In this document: in pieces, positions 1 through 9,746 of the stretch | Numbering within the stretch: position 1 is the first letter of the stretch | Layout: each line of letters begins with the position of its first letter | Assembly (NCBI GenBank): GCA_041667545.1 | Contig: JBAYES010000003.1 | Span: forward strand, 2,467 to 66,466 | DNA from: Candidatus Omnitrophota bacterium | Lineage (GTDB): Bacteria > Omnitrophota > Gorgyraeia > Tantalellales > Tantalellaceae | DNA length: 64,000 nucleotides | Direction: 5' to 3' | Notes under the pieces: model-generated | The model's input: only the letters and a program-made list of their open reading frames with translations | What the model was told of the DNA's origin: nothing | The model's database searches: none | Translations under genes and position numbers: made by a program

Positions 1-1148
1 TACCAGCCCACACGGTTATACAGCTCAATCTGGCGACCGCCTTCACATTGTGCCTCGACCTGAATGCGTGCCTGTTTTAACGCTTCGTTGCCCGGCGGGT
101 GACCAAAATCCCTACGATACCGCATAGCAAAGCAGTTCCTAAACCGTGAACTGCTCGTCTGGCAAACCTCAAAATGCTTATCAAAAGGAAGGACAACATA
201 GGGGTTACCCTGCTGATCAGAAAAATATTCCGTGATGATTTCTTCGCAATCTCGGGTTATTATCTCGCCTTGAGTGAGCTTCTTTTGCTTAGGCGATTTT
301 GAATCGGTAAATTCATTCTGCGTGTCCTGAATCGCTTTATCGATAAGACTTTGACCATACGTCTTGCCATCACTAAAATGCTTCTCATCCCACTTAGAAC
401 GCATAAGACCGGACTGACGGAACAAAGAATCCATAGCCACCGAATTCTTGCCAGTCCAAAAAGCGAGTTTATTGCATAAAGCTAGATCCGCCTCTGACTG
501 GGAAGGATAATCGTCCTGCCATTTGCCTTCATACAATTTCAAGAAAACATCAGCGTCTTTGCTTTTTCTGATCCTGTTAAGGATAAATTTTATTTTCTTG
601 TTATCCGAGTCCAGACTTTCAAGATGTTCGTATAAGGCTTTGAGTTTATCGGGGCATTCCGTGATCGTATTATTACAACCATCAACTATGTCCCCAGTCG
701 TAATAAGGAATCTACTCCCCGAATACATCTCAACATTAAATGAGCTAAGCTTGCGATCTCGAGGAAGTACGCCTTTACAGATGATATGAATACCTGTTCC
801 GCTTACTGAATATTCTGTGTAGCTATTAATCTCGGATATTATTTCTTTAGCAAAAGGCGAGATAATGCCATCTGTGACGCAGTTATCAATATCTATGCCC
901 ACATACGGCAGATTGATAGCAAAGCCGATAGCGTCAAGATTATCCGCTCGCTTAATGACCTCATCAAATGAATGCCATGTTTTTGGATCATTACACCGGG
1001 CGTTTTTACCGGTCAAAACATCAACAGGTATCTTTTTATCCTTCTTGCCTTTTTGTGGTGTGAATTTGAAGCCTACCCAGATCGGCAGGTCTTTGAGAAC
1101 TTGAGGAATATTTTCCCTGTTCTTCTCTTTTCTTCTCTCTTTCTTCAT
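1..1148 (-). CDS. DNA primase, AEP Prim-Pol domain plus PriCT-1 C-terminal domain (phage/plasmid type), 3'-truncated by window edge
   Basis: Minus-strand translation from ATG at 1148-1146 (RBS GGAG 8 nt upstream) reads through to position 1 with no stop. Motifs VGIDIDNC (DxD), SGTGIHIICKG (sGxGxHxh) and PriCT-like ADLALCNKLAFWTGKN...LFRQSGLMRSKWDEK are present. The ORF is absent from the six-frame track only because its stop lies outside the window. Confidence 0.6.
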   Translation of the reverse strand, partial: MKKERRKEKNRENIPQVLKDLPIWVGFKFTPQKGKKDKKIPVDVLTGKNARCNDPKTWHSFDEVIKRADNLDAIGFAINLPYVGIDIDNCVTDGIISPFAKEIISEINSYTEYSVSGTGIHIICKGVLPRDRKLSSFNVEMYSGSRFLITTGDIVDGCNNTITECPDKLKALYEHLESLDSDNKKIKFILNRIRKSKDADVFLKLYEGKWQDDYPSQSEADLALCNKLAFWTGKNSVAMDSLFRQSGLMRSKWDEKHFSDGKTYGQSLIDKAIQDTQNEFTDSKSPKQKKLTQGEIITRDCEEIITEYFSDQQGNPYVVLPFDKHFEVCQTSSSRFRNCFAMRYRRDFGHPPGNEALKQARIQVEAQCEGGRQIELYNRVGW

Positions 1149-1150
1149 TT

Positions 1151-1498
1151 TTATGCTCCGTTCTGAAATATAAAGTCTTTAACCTTCCTGTAACATTGAA
1201 ATAACTGCTCCTCTTTGGAGTTATTAAAAAACTTATCCGCCAGCTTGCGTGTTTTCTCGGCATCACCAAAAAGAATTCGTTTCTGCCTGCCGGAACCGGA
1301 TAAGCCTTTCATGTCGCACCCCTGTGATACGAGGTACGTGGCTAAATAAATATTTCCCGCTTCAAAGTAATTTTCTTCCATAATTCTTTCCTTTTCTTTG
1401 CCTGGACTAGGTACATACAACTTTTTTTCTCGATTTGTTGCACCCATTTTCAGATATACGACGCGCCCCCGAAAACTGTCGGGATATATTTCCTTCAT
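1151..1498 (-). CDS. hypothetical protein, first gene of the primase operon (stop TAA 1151-1153 sits 3 nt before the primase ATG)
   Basis: 115-aa ORF tightly coupled to the downstream primase gene; no recognisable motif. Confidence 0.4.
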   Translation of the reverse strand: MKEIYPDSFRGRVVYLKMGATNREKKLYVPSPGKEKERIMEENYFEAGNIYLATYLVSQGCDMKGLSGSGRQKRILFGDAEKTRKLADKFFNNSKEEQLFQCYRKVKDFIFQNGA

Positions 1499-2228
1499 AG
1501 GGTATATACGACGTCTTTCTTAATTCTGTCCCCCCCATACATACAGATTTTCCTGCCAAAATGTCGCGCTTGATCTTGAACTTTTTGCCCCTCACTATAT
1601 ACATACAGATTTTTTCCAAAAAGTGTCCCCCCTTAGAGCGTATATACGTAAAAAATCTTCAAAATGTTGCAGGTGTTTTTAAAATTTTTCATCACCACCA
1701 CCCTCAAAACGTATATACGGAAAAATTTCTCAAAGTGTCTCACTCTTTTTTGCCTTTTTTCCAAAAACCTCTCCTTCAAAACATACATACGTCAAAATTC
1801 TTCAAAATGTTGCAGACTAAATTACAATTCTTGCTCCCACCGGGTACATACAACTTTTTTTGCCAAAGTGTCTCAGCCGTTCTAAATATACATTCCCCAT
1901 AATTCTCAAAAGTGTCGGGATTATTTTCTCCTCAAAGCGTATATACCGAGTTTTTCCAAAAAGTGTCGGAATTATTTTGCCCATATTCGTGTATTCAGGA
2001 TTTTTCCGAAAAGTGTCGGAATTATTTTCCCCCTATTAGTACATTCCGGTTTTTTCCGCAAAGTGTCGGAACTTTTTTTATTTTTTCTGCAACAAATCAG
2101 GAAAAAAAGTCGTATATACGTATTAGGGTGGGACACTTTCGCTAAAAAAACTGTATATACGCAGTAGTAGACAAATTATTTAAAGAAAATCCCGACACTT
2201 TTGGCATTTTTACGGAATATATATATAT
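1454..2228. repeat. Array of about 12 imperfect direct repeats plus 2 inverted copies. Unit is roughly cGTATATACg-(8-14 nt)-TTTTTCCaAAAAGTGTCgg. Iteron-like; candidate replication origin or recombinase/regulator binding array
   Basis: Units at about 1502, 1537, 1596, 1639, 1710, 1780, 1843, 1884, 1938, 1988, 2038 and 2109. The last three direct units are spaced exactly 50 bp. Inverted copies (GACACTTT...GTATATAC) lie at about 2130-2165 and 2191-2228. The array sits between the divergent primase operon and serine recombinase 1. Confidence 0.75.
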
Positions 2229-2235
2229 GGGGGTA

Positions 2236-2267
2236 TTAGCTTGACTTGTCCCAAGGAGTGTTATAGG
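2236..2267 (+). promoter_or_regulatory. putative promoter of serine recombinase 1 (TAGCTTGACTTG ... TTATAGG); the same motif recurs upstream of recombinase 2
   Basis: TTGACT at 2241-2246 and TTATAGG at 2261-2267. A near-identical TAGCTTGACTTGgg...TATTATAGGG lies at 44354-44383 upstream of the second recombinase. The -35/-10 spacing is short (14-15 nt), so exact promoter elements are uncertain. Confidence 0.35.
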
Positions 2268-2293
2268 GGTGTTGTATTAAGGAGGTTTGAAAA

Positions 2294-4096
2294 ATGAGTG
2301 CAGAGAAGAAAAGAAAAAAGTTCGTAATTTACACACGCTGTTCAACTGATGATCAGGCAAAAGGTGACTTCACCACGCTTGACGCACAGGCTCACCACTG
2401 CCGGAATATGCTTGAAGCGTTCGGTTATGAAATGGCTGATTTCGGTGATAAAGGTATTATTAACGATGACGGTTATTCAGGCAAAGACCTGAACCGCCCC
2501 GGAATCCAGTCAATCCTTAAAGACATACAATCCAAAAAGTCGTTTGACGGAATCATATTTTTTAGGCTTGATAGGCTCACCAGAAACCCTCGTGACCTTT
2601 ACGGCATGATCGATACCTTCAAGGCTGAAGATATAGCCTTTTTATCCGTCAGAGAGAATCTTGATAGCACAACAGCCATAGGCAGAGTTGTGATCGGCAT
2701 CATCGGCTTATTATCAGCCTTTGAGCGTGAACTTACAGGCGAACGTGTAAAAGCTTCAGCTATCGCAAGAGCAAGACAAGGAAAATGGGTAGCGGGTAAA
2801 CCGCCTTACGGATACATACAAGTCAAAGACGGTGAAAGATTATCAAACGGTAGACAACCACACAAAATTGAACTTGATAAAAACCTTGCTCCTCATTTTA
2901 AGATGATCTTTGAAATGGCGGCTGATAACCATTCGCTCTCAACTATCGGCAACGAACTTATCAAAAGAGAAGTCCCCACAGCAAACGGCAACCTCTGGCG
3001 TAAACAGACTATTGCTAAAATACTAAAGAATCCATTTTATAAAGGAATGATTTCATACTCAGGCGAGATAAATAAAGGCAATCACGAAGCAGTTGTAGAT
3101 GAAGAATTATGGAGTAAAGCAAACAAGATAATATCCGCAAGCCTACCCGGACACAGGTTCTTGAAAACAACTCTGGACTACAGCCATCTGTTAAAGGGCA
3201 TTCTGTTCTGCGGAAAATGTGGGAGTTATTTTGTATCAACACACGCCCGAGGCAAAATGGGCAATAAGTTTTATTATTACGAATGCAGTCGAGCAAGACA
3301 AAAACTCGGATGCGATACTAAGCGCATATCAGCAACATCATTTGACCGGGCGGTTATTGACTTTTTAGGCAGGGCGTCCGAAGACCAGAATATTATTGTA
3401 AAAGCTATCGGGAACGCTATTGAGCATTCATCAACACAACTCGATAAATACGATAAGGAAATCCGCCAGTTAAAAAAGAAACTCGACAAAGCCAAAGACT
3501 CTGCTGATAAACTGCTTAACCTTGCCATAGAAAAGGTTATCACCAAGGGACGGACTTATTCAGAAAAAATGGACACACTTGAAACCGAAATCACCGTTCT
3601 TGAAGATAAACTCGGAAAAGCCAAAGCCCGAAGGAAAGCCGCTGAGATGACCGCTAACTCGAACGAATACCTGCACGCAAACCTACAGCTTGCCATGAGA
3701 TACCTCGATCAAGCCCCTCCAGACGCCCAAATCGCCCTTTTAAAGGCACTTATCAAGATACTCAAGGTTTATGACGATCATGTGAAGATGGAAATGTTTA
3801 TAAACGAACCGAACGATGAACTTGTGCAGAACTTACCACTGAAAGAGCCCCAAAAACAACGAACCCCGCTCCTTCTTGAGGAACAGGGTTCGACTGAGCG
3901 TCAACAATGGCGGCTCAGCGGGAACTATAGACGAAAGTCACAACTCCAAGAAATACAACTACTTGTGAAACTTTACAAAAAGCGAAGTATGGGTGCTCTC
4001 ATCTCATTAGGTAAACCAATCGATACTTCCCGCCGTTACGATAAAGGTATTCTATCACGAAACCGCGTAAAAGCCACCGAAACCGTAGTTTTATAA
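2294..4096 (+). CDS. large serine recombinase (resolvase/invertase N-terminal catalytic domain plus recombinase and zinc-ribbon/coiled-coil C-terminal part)
   Basis: Shows the N-terminal serine recombinase signature (VIYTRCSTDDQ...RLDRLTRNPRD). Length is 600 aa. Cys-rich CGKCGSYF...YYYECS region and a long coiled-coil are present. Strong RBS GGAGG. About 70% identical by eye to the second copy at 44423-46090. Confidence 0.85.
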   Translation: MSAEKKRKKFVIYTRCSTDDQAKGDFTTLDAQAHHCRNMLEAFGYEMADFGDKGIINDDGYSGKDLNRPGIQSILKDIQSKKSFDGIIFFRLDRLTRNPRDLYGMIDTFKAEDIAFLSVRENLDSTTAIGRVVIGIIGLLSAFERELTGERVKASAIARARQGKWVAGKPPYGYIQVKDGERLSNGRQPHKIELDKNLAPHFKMIFEMAADNHSLSTIGNELIKREVPTANGNLWRKQTIAKILKNPFYKGMISYSGEINKGNHEAVVDEELWSKANKIISASLPGHRFLKTTLDYSHLLKGILFCGKCGSYFVSTHARGKMGNKFYYYECSRARQKLGCDTKRISATSFDRAVIDFLGRASEDQNIIVKAIGNAIEHSSTQLDKYDKEIRQLKKKLDKAKDSADKLLNLAIEKVITKGRTYSEKMDTLETEITVLEDKLGKAKARRKAAEMTANSNEYLHANLQLAMRYLDQAPPDAQIALLKALIKILKVYDDHVKMEMFINEPNDELVQNLPLKEPQKQRTPLLLEEQGSTERQQWRLSGNYRRKSQLQEIQLLVKLYKKRSMGALISLGKPIDTSRRYDKGILSRNRVKATETVVL

Positions 4097-4179
4097 TGGG
4101 CCCCGTCGCCTCACCTTTATCCCTCTTAGACACGTGGTACCAGCAAATCAGCTAATGTTGTAGGGGTTAGCATACCCTT

Positions 4180-5211
4180 CTACCAAAAGTTCTCTAACTC
4201 TTGTTTGGCACAAAATGCTTTATCAGCTTCGTCTTTGCTCGAATATGAGCCAAGTTTAAAATGAATAAAATGCTTCGATTTCTCATGAAGCTCAATTCCA
4301 ACAATTGACCACTTACGATCAGCTCTTTCGCACATTACTAAAATTGATGATTTATCCTTAAGGATTATAGACTCCAAGACTGTGAGCTTGGGACAAATAT
4401 CTTCATTATCACTATGCGCAAATATTGATCCAACCCTAATATTCTGAAAGTATTCCCCAAGAGGATCATTTCCAAAATCTTGAGGGCAACATGGAAAATA
4501 GGCGCCCGCTCGCCACATATATTGTGCACACCATGGTGTTAAGGCAAGATCTAAACCCGGTTCTCCAGCAAGACCAACTTCCCACTTTTGCAGAGGCTTA
4601 TAAACTCCCTTCCCAAAAGTGCTATTGCAATTGCTGTCACCAGTTAATCTTGCGGGCTTATTATCAGAATTTGCCCAAACAGACATTCGCATCTTACAGT
4701 TTTGTGCCTCCTCAGGCGTTACCGTTCGCATCCATGTAAAGTTCGGATCTCCTTGAAGATCATTTAGCATCGAAGGATTTTCAAGAAAAGCCTCAATACT
4801 ACCGCATAAATATTCAATCTTTTTCCGGGTCACTGGATTTTTAAGGGCATTCTCTAATCGAGTCAACCATCTCAGATTTTCAGGTCGATTATTCCTACAG
4901 TTTGTATCAATATGATCTACCACATGATTGGGGTCAGGCGACTCTCCGTGAAAAGCAGTGGCCACAATTCTATGAATGCGAACATTCGAAATATGCAAAT
5001 ATGGATTTGCTGAATTTTCCTTCCCGAACGTCCATTTATTATCGTTGGCGCGCGCACGCTTGCCGTTTACTTGATGCCGCAATACCGCACCGTTGTCCCG
5101 GACGGAATATTTTTCGTTTTTATAGACACAAGTCTTTTCTTCATTGAAATTATTTATATCAGCATTCGTCACGTTATTTCGCTCCTGATAGAAGTCTGCT
5201 TGTGTGTCCAA
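4180..5211 (-). CDS. HNH endonuclease domain protein (phage HNH_3-like N-terminal domain plus unknown C-terminal domain)
   Basis: Motif HISNVRIHRIVATAFHGESPDPNHVVDHIDTNCRNNRPENLRWLTRLEN. Confidence 0.55.
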   Translation of the reverse strand: MDTQADFYQERNNVTNADINNFNEEKTCVYKNEKYSVRDNGAVLRHQVNGKRARANDNKWTFGKENSANPYLHISNVRIHRIVATAFHGESPDPNHVVDHIDTNCRNNRPENLRWLTRLENALKNPVTRKKIEYLCGSIEAFLENPSMLNDLQGDPNFTWMRTVTPEEAQNCKMRMSVWANSDNKPARLTGDSNCNSTFGKGVYKPLQKWEVGLAGEPGLDLALTPWCAQYMWRAGAYFPCCPQDFGNDPLGEYFQNIRVGSIFAHSDNEDICPKLTVLESIILKDKSSILVMCERADRKWSIVGIELHEKSKHFIHFKLGSYSSKDEADKAFCAKQELENFW

Positions 5212-5441
5212 AATTCCACGTTCTAGTCAGTTTTCAGGTTAGTTTTCCGGCTTCTATCCTCTAACTATTCACCATCTTCCCATTTTGTCCGACAACAAGA
5301 CCCTGCAACCCCTGCTTTAGCACGCTTAACCCCAACCCGGATGCCTGTAGACACACAGCCATCATGAATACGCTTGATGTCGTTTGCCCACTTATCCATA
5401 TCCTCCAATTGAATTTCGTATATCCAAAAACTCCAACATGT

Positions 5442-6131
5442 CTACTCCCACCCGATCTCGCATGCAAGATATTCCCTGATAACAATTCGAATAGTTACCC
5501 CGCTACCCGTGAAAGCAAGATATCGATAGCGTTCAGGCTGAACGGTAATCCACAAAACCGAGCCGGGCTCATTCACAATTAAACGTTGCGAAGCACGGCT
5601 ACCCACCTCTGGGAATACCACAGGCCTTGGCACATCCTCAAAAGAATCCCTCTTCTCTGAGTCCATAGCAATAAATGGCGTACAAGTAAACCTAACTGGA
5701 TCACCCAATTGCGGCTCATTCAACTCATAAACCGCGTGTCCGCGCGCCAACTTCAATAGTACATTTTTAACACGAGGCAACTCGGCAGAGAACAATACTC
5801 CGTTATCTACTTCTTTTTGAGCCTGTTTGAATTTTGAAACCAGCGCAGGCTTTCTTTGTAAAATTGAACTGATTCTCTTTCGCTCAATAGCATTATAATC
5901 AATTGTTCCGCAAACAACGCATTCTATAAGACATGCTAAATACTCTTCATCAAGGGAGAAACTCTCATTACACGATTGGCACGCAAAGGCTACCGATAAA
6001 TTCGCAGGATAAGGTTTATCCAAAAAAACTTTGGAAGGAACGTGATCTCGCGTTTCTGTTCCTTTCCCGCAATGACAACAAAACCCGGACTGTCTTCTGT
6101 CTCCCAAATTCAACAACTGCTCCATTGGCAC
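5442..6131 (-). CDS. HNH nuclease (Cys-box CxxC...DH...CxxC)
   Basis: Motif CCHCGKGTETRDHVPSKVF...CQSCNESF. Last gene of the GHKL-containing co-directional cluster. Confidence 0.5.
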   Translation of the reverse strand: MPMEQLLNLGDRRQSGFCCHCGKGTETRDHVPSKVFLDKPYPANLSVAFACQSCNESFSLDEEYLACLIECVVCGTIDYNAIERKRISSILQRKPALVSKFKQAQKEVDNGVLFSAELPRVKNVLLKLARGHAVYELNEPQLGDPVRFTCTPFIAMDSEKRDSFEDVPRPVVFPEVGSRASQRLIVNEPGSVLWITVQPERYRYLAFTGSGVTIRIVIREYLACEIGWE

Positions 6132-6175
6132 AATCCTTCAATAATTGAATTTATCATCAGAACCATGTTTAAATT

Positions 6176-7819
6176 TTATGATAAAAGTGTTTTAATCCGA
6201 CCCTTAATATTCTCATAAACAGTGGTCAATTTTCTTTTGGCTTCATCCGTCAAGCGTGCAGTATGCATCAAAGCATCGCGTATCGGTTTATATTGCTTGG
6301 AATCGTTAGGAAGAGAATTTTGTCCTCCAGTCTTATCAACAAGATTCGCAAGACCCTGCATATCTAAATAACTTATATCGACATCTACGTGACGAATATC
6401 AATATTGATGCCACCTGCCACTTTATTTTGTGACTCTCTTCGCTTCCATTCATTAATATCCCTCTGTGCTTCCGGAGATATCGTAATATTTTTTTCGGTG
6501 ATGAATTTTCTGATTAAATTCTCCGAAATGAAACAATCAGCATAAGATGCAAAGTTAAAGGCCGCATCTCCGGCTAACTCATTTACCCAACCATCGACTT
6601 TCTTTTTATTTGTAGCTTCTTTGGGAAGCACAAAATCTTCCGTTACCGCATTGAATAATTCTTCAGCTTTTCTTTCTTTTGTAGATATTATTGCATTATC
6701 CGGATCCCCATCGTTGCGATGCTTCCTGCGCCAAGTATCCCAATCGTTAAGAATTCTTCCGATAACTTTGTCGCGGAGAAAATCCAAGAATTCTTTGTAT
6801 TTAGGATCATCGGCAACAATGCTTTCACGGCTACTGGTAAATCTATCCATTCCGTCGTCCAAATCATTAAAATGGATCTGCCCATATAAGTAGCTTTCCA
6901 CGACTCTAGCCGTCGGGATATGCTTAAGAATATCTCTTTCCCGCAATCTTCCATTGACAAAAAGATCCACCCCGACCCTTTCGTCCATGGTGATTATCTT
7001 CAAATCGCGAGGTTTTTCTACCGAGGCGATAAATCCCTTTATCCCGGCTTCTAATTTGAACTGACCGATCTCTTTCAGTTCGAAACTTTTGCATAACCTG
7101 TCGATATATGGGTCCCGGAGATCGTTTATTTTCCACAAGAACTGTGTACGTGAAGCCAGATCATCCAAACACTCATGAGTAACTAGTTCGTCTCCAATAT
7201 AAATCTTAAAATTGGGATCAATCAGGGAAAATCGAAAGTACAACGCAACGATCTTTTTAAGAAATGCCAAGCTGTGCTTTATTCCATCTTTTATATTTTC
7301 GAAATGAATAATAGTTCCCTGATCGTTATCCTTTGTGAACTGCGCAAAAGCGTCCAGCTTCACATCTCCTAGCTGGTATTCTTTCGGAGTCAAATCGTCT
7401 GTAATAGCCTTATCCAAACCAGAGTTGTCTATGACTCCTCCTATATAATCACCTCCAGCCTTCTTTGATATGACCGCGATTTTCTCAGCACAGGACAACA
7501 AAGCAAGCTTGCCTATACCCTTTCGCCCTATATAAGGCCTGTTTTTATGGGGCGATGAATGTCCGTCCCTCCTTTTGGAGTATCCTATTTTCAAAAACTT
7601 ATTCTGAAAATCATCAGCCGTCATTCCAATTCCATCGTCCTTAATAAGAAAGCGCCCGTTCTCTTTATCAATATAAATATACACGCTCTCCGCATTGGCA
7701 TCCCAAGCGTTCGATATAGCTTCCCCAAGCACAGTGGCAAAACTTCTGTACAAATTTCTCCCCAAATGATTTAGAACGCTTAGTGAAATCTCAAACGAAA
7801 ATTTGTTGGTTTTCTTCAT
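6176..7819 (-). CDS. GHKL-family ATPase (HATPase_c_3 / MORC-Hsp90-like)
   Basis: N-box EAISNAWDANA, G1 box DDGIGM and G2 box GRKGIGKLA. Confidence 0.65.
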   Translation of the reverse strand: MKKTNKFSFEISLSVLNHLGRNLYRSFATVLGEAISNAWDANAESVYIYIDKENGRFLIKDDGIGMTADDFQNKFLKIGYSKRRDGHSSPHKNRPYIGRKGIGKLALLSCAEKIAVISKKAGGDYIGGVIDNSGLDKAITDDLTPKEYQLGDVKLDAFAQFTKDNDQGTIIHFENIKDGIKHSLAFLKKIVALYFRFSLIDPNFKIYIGDELVTHECLDDLASRTQFLWKINDLRDPYIDRLCKSFELKEIGQFKLEAGIKGFIASVEKPRDLKIITMDERVGVDLFVNGRLRERDILKHIPTARVVESYLYGQIHFNDLDDGMDRFTSSRESIVADDPKYKEFLDFLRDKVIGRILNDWDTWRRKHRNDGDPDNAIISTKERKAEELFNAVTEDFVLPKEATNKKKVDGWVNELAGDAAFNFASYADCFISENLIRKFITEKNITISPEAQRDINEWKRRESQNKVAGGINIDIRHVDVDISYLDMQGLANLVDKTGGQNSLPNDSKQYKPIRDALMHTARLTDEAKRKLTTVYENIKGRIKTLLS

Positions 7820-7859
7820 GCTTACACCTTATTTTTTTGCGCAACTAACACAGTCGGAA

Positions 7860-9746
7860 TTATCCTGTAATCGTCACGTAGGTTTTTATCATACTGATAT
7901 TTTCCTTACGAGTTTTCTTCTCGTACCCAATCTTATCGCAAATATTCTCAATCTTTATTGCAAATTTATCGCAGTCGACCTTGGTCATCGACAAACCCTT
8001 GCTGGTGCGAACACTCGTATGCCATTCAGCATCCACATCAAGTGGTTTCTGAGGCCTGTGACCATGAATATTAAAAACTCTATGGTCTGTTCGCGTGATC
8101 CAACCAGCGCCAACTTCCGTCACCGCACCCCAAGAACCAGCCATGTCCTTACTGGTGACATAAATAACATAGATTTTTTCGGTTGAATAACTTTCGACGA
8201 AAAACTCCCTTAAATAATCCCAGACTGCTATGCCGTCTGGTATCCGGCTTATCTCATCGTCGCAATTCGTATAGATGATATCTTCGGAAGGAACCCGATT
8301 GAATAATAATAGGTTGTATATAATATCTGCCAAATCTTTATCCTCTTTGGTGTGGCATATAAGAATCCTTCTTTTCTGTGCATCAAGTTTTCTCTTTATG
8401 CCCACAATCGGGAGCAACTCATTCATTTCATCTTTGATAATTTTTTCTACTTTTTCCGGACTAATTTTCTCTGTTCGCCTCAATTCCTTTGTGATTTTCC
8501 TCGTTGCAATATTCGAAGTCTCCTTTTTATATCTTTCGACTAATACTCTCAGTTTCTTTTCCTTCTCGAGCTGTTCTCTCATTTTTTCTTTTTTCTTTTC
8601 ATCATCTTTATAGTTCGCATAAGCTGCTCTAATCGCAACAATATCAGGCAATAATTTCTTTGCGACGAACGAAATCACTTCTTGATATCTCGGGTCATCG
8701 GTTTTATACCCCTGCCGATTACTCAACGACATATCGGGCAATTCGGTTTCTTCAAATAAATCGATATGAAGTTGTCCAACCACATATACTTCCTGTAGCT
8801 TGTTCTTTCCTACGATCGGAAGTATGTTATATTCACCCAGCTTACTATTGGATAAGAGCGAAATAAAATTATCCGGAAAATCGTCCGTCTCCGCTTTTCT
8901 CCCTCTTGTAGTTTTATAAACTCCAATCCATCCTTTGATAATCAAATCATATTCTTTCTCTTCCCCAGTTTTATTTCTGAGCTTCATAAGCCTCTTTTCT
9001 TCATTACGAAACTGCAATAGTTCTTTTCCTTTCTTAAGATAATCGTTTTCGAAATATTTGCTCAAATAGTTAAAACCGGAGCCAATGATAATCAAACCTC
9101 CAAGCTCCTTGATCATCTCTCGATCAAAGCTATCAATGATCATTTCATTGTTGTCCTGAATAATATGTACTCGAAAACTTTTGTCGATGAGAGGAAAGAT
9201 CTTCAACAGGTTTCTCTTGATCGCATCAAAGGACTTGTTCAATCTATAGCTTGGGTCTTTCATTATTATTGAGGTGCCGTGCTTTCCAATTTTTTCGAAT
9301 TTTATGTCCTTTTCGCTCAAAGCCTCCAAAAGTCTATTAGCCGCGATATGTCTCGTAAGAATAAATCCCGACTTTTCCCCGGCCTTGACCGACATAACCC
9401 ATACGTTTTCGGAAATAGAAATAGCCGCTAGTTTTCCGATACCTTTCCTCCCAATTTTCCTGCGCCCGCTCCCCGTGTAGGCATCTTTTTGTGTCGTTCG
9501 AGTCTCTTCTGCTACATGCAAATATTTATTCGTATCTTCCGGATACCTCATTCCAACTCCATCATCTTCAACAATTATGGAATCGGATTTCGCTATTATA
9601 TATACATTTTTTGCATCAGCATCGTAGGCGTTTGCGATCAACTCAGCCAGAATGTAATAAACATTCGTATAGAGATGGGGCCCCAAAAAATCCAACAATT
9701 TTGGATCGAGTTCAAGCCTGTATTCGCGCTTTGATTGATCAACCAT
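7860..9746 (-). CDS. GHKL-family ATPase with a Lys/Glu-rich coiled-coil and a C-terminal TIR-like (DUF1863-like) domain
   Basis: N-terminal boxes ELIANAYDADA, DDGVGM and GRKGIGKLA. C-terminal segment ILICHTKEDKDLADIIYNLL...IYVIYVTSKDMAGSWGAVTEVGAGW resembles the TIR beta-A / alpha-E pattern. The start overlaps the stop of the upstream m5C methyltransferase by 8 nt. Confidence 0.55.
   Translation of the reverse strand: MVDQSKREYRLELDPKLLDFLGPHLYTNVYYILAELIANAYDADAKNVYIIAKSDSIIVEDDGVGMRYPEDTNKYLHVAEETRTTQKDAYTGSGRRKIGRKGIGKLAAISISENVWVMSVKAGEKSGFILTRHIAANRLLEALSEKDIKFEKIGKHGTSIIMKDPSYRLNKSFDAIKRNLLKIFPLIDKSFRVHIIQDNNEMIIDSFDREMIKELGGLIIIGSGFNYLSKYFENDYLKKGKELLQFRNEEKRLMKLRNKTGEEKEYDLIIKGWIGVYKTTRGRKAETDDFPDNFISLLSNSKLGEYNILPIVGKNKLQEVYVVGQLHIDLFEETELPDMSLSNRQGYKTDDPRYQEVISFVAKKLLPDIVAIRAAYANYKDDEKKKEKMREQLEKEKKLRVLVERYKKETSNIATRKITKELRRTEKISPEKVEKIIKDEMNELLPIVGIKRKLDAQKRRILICHTKEDKDLADIIYNLLLFNRVPSEDIIYTNCDDEISRIPDGIAVWDYLREFFVESYSTEKIYVIYVTSKDMAGSWGAVTEVGAGWITRTDHRVFNIHGHRPQKPLDVDAEWHTSVRTSKGLSMTKVDCDKFAIKIENICDKIGYEKKTRKENISMIKTYVTITG

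Noticed and set aside
3015-3546. Minus-strand ORFs 3015-3296 and 3277-3546 inside serine recombinase 1
   Set aside because: They lie fully within a well-supported plus-strand CDS and have no RBS or domain signal; they are antisense frame artefacts.
4097-4179. Possible attP-like core immediately downstream of serine recombinase 1
   Set aside because: No convincing imperfect inverted repeat or similarity to the tRNA-Ser junction could be seen by eye; it needs computational alignment.
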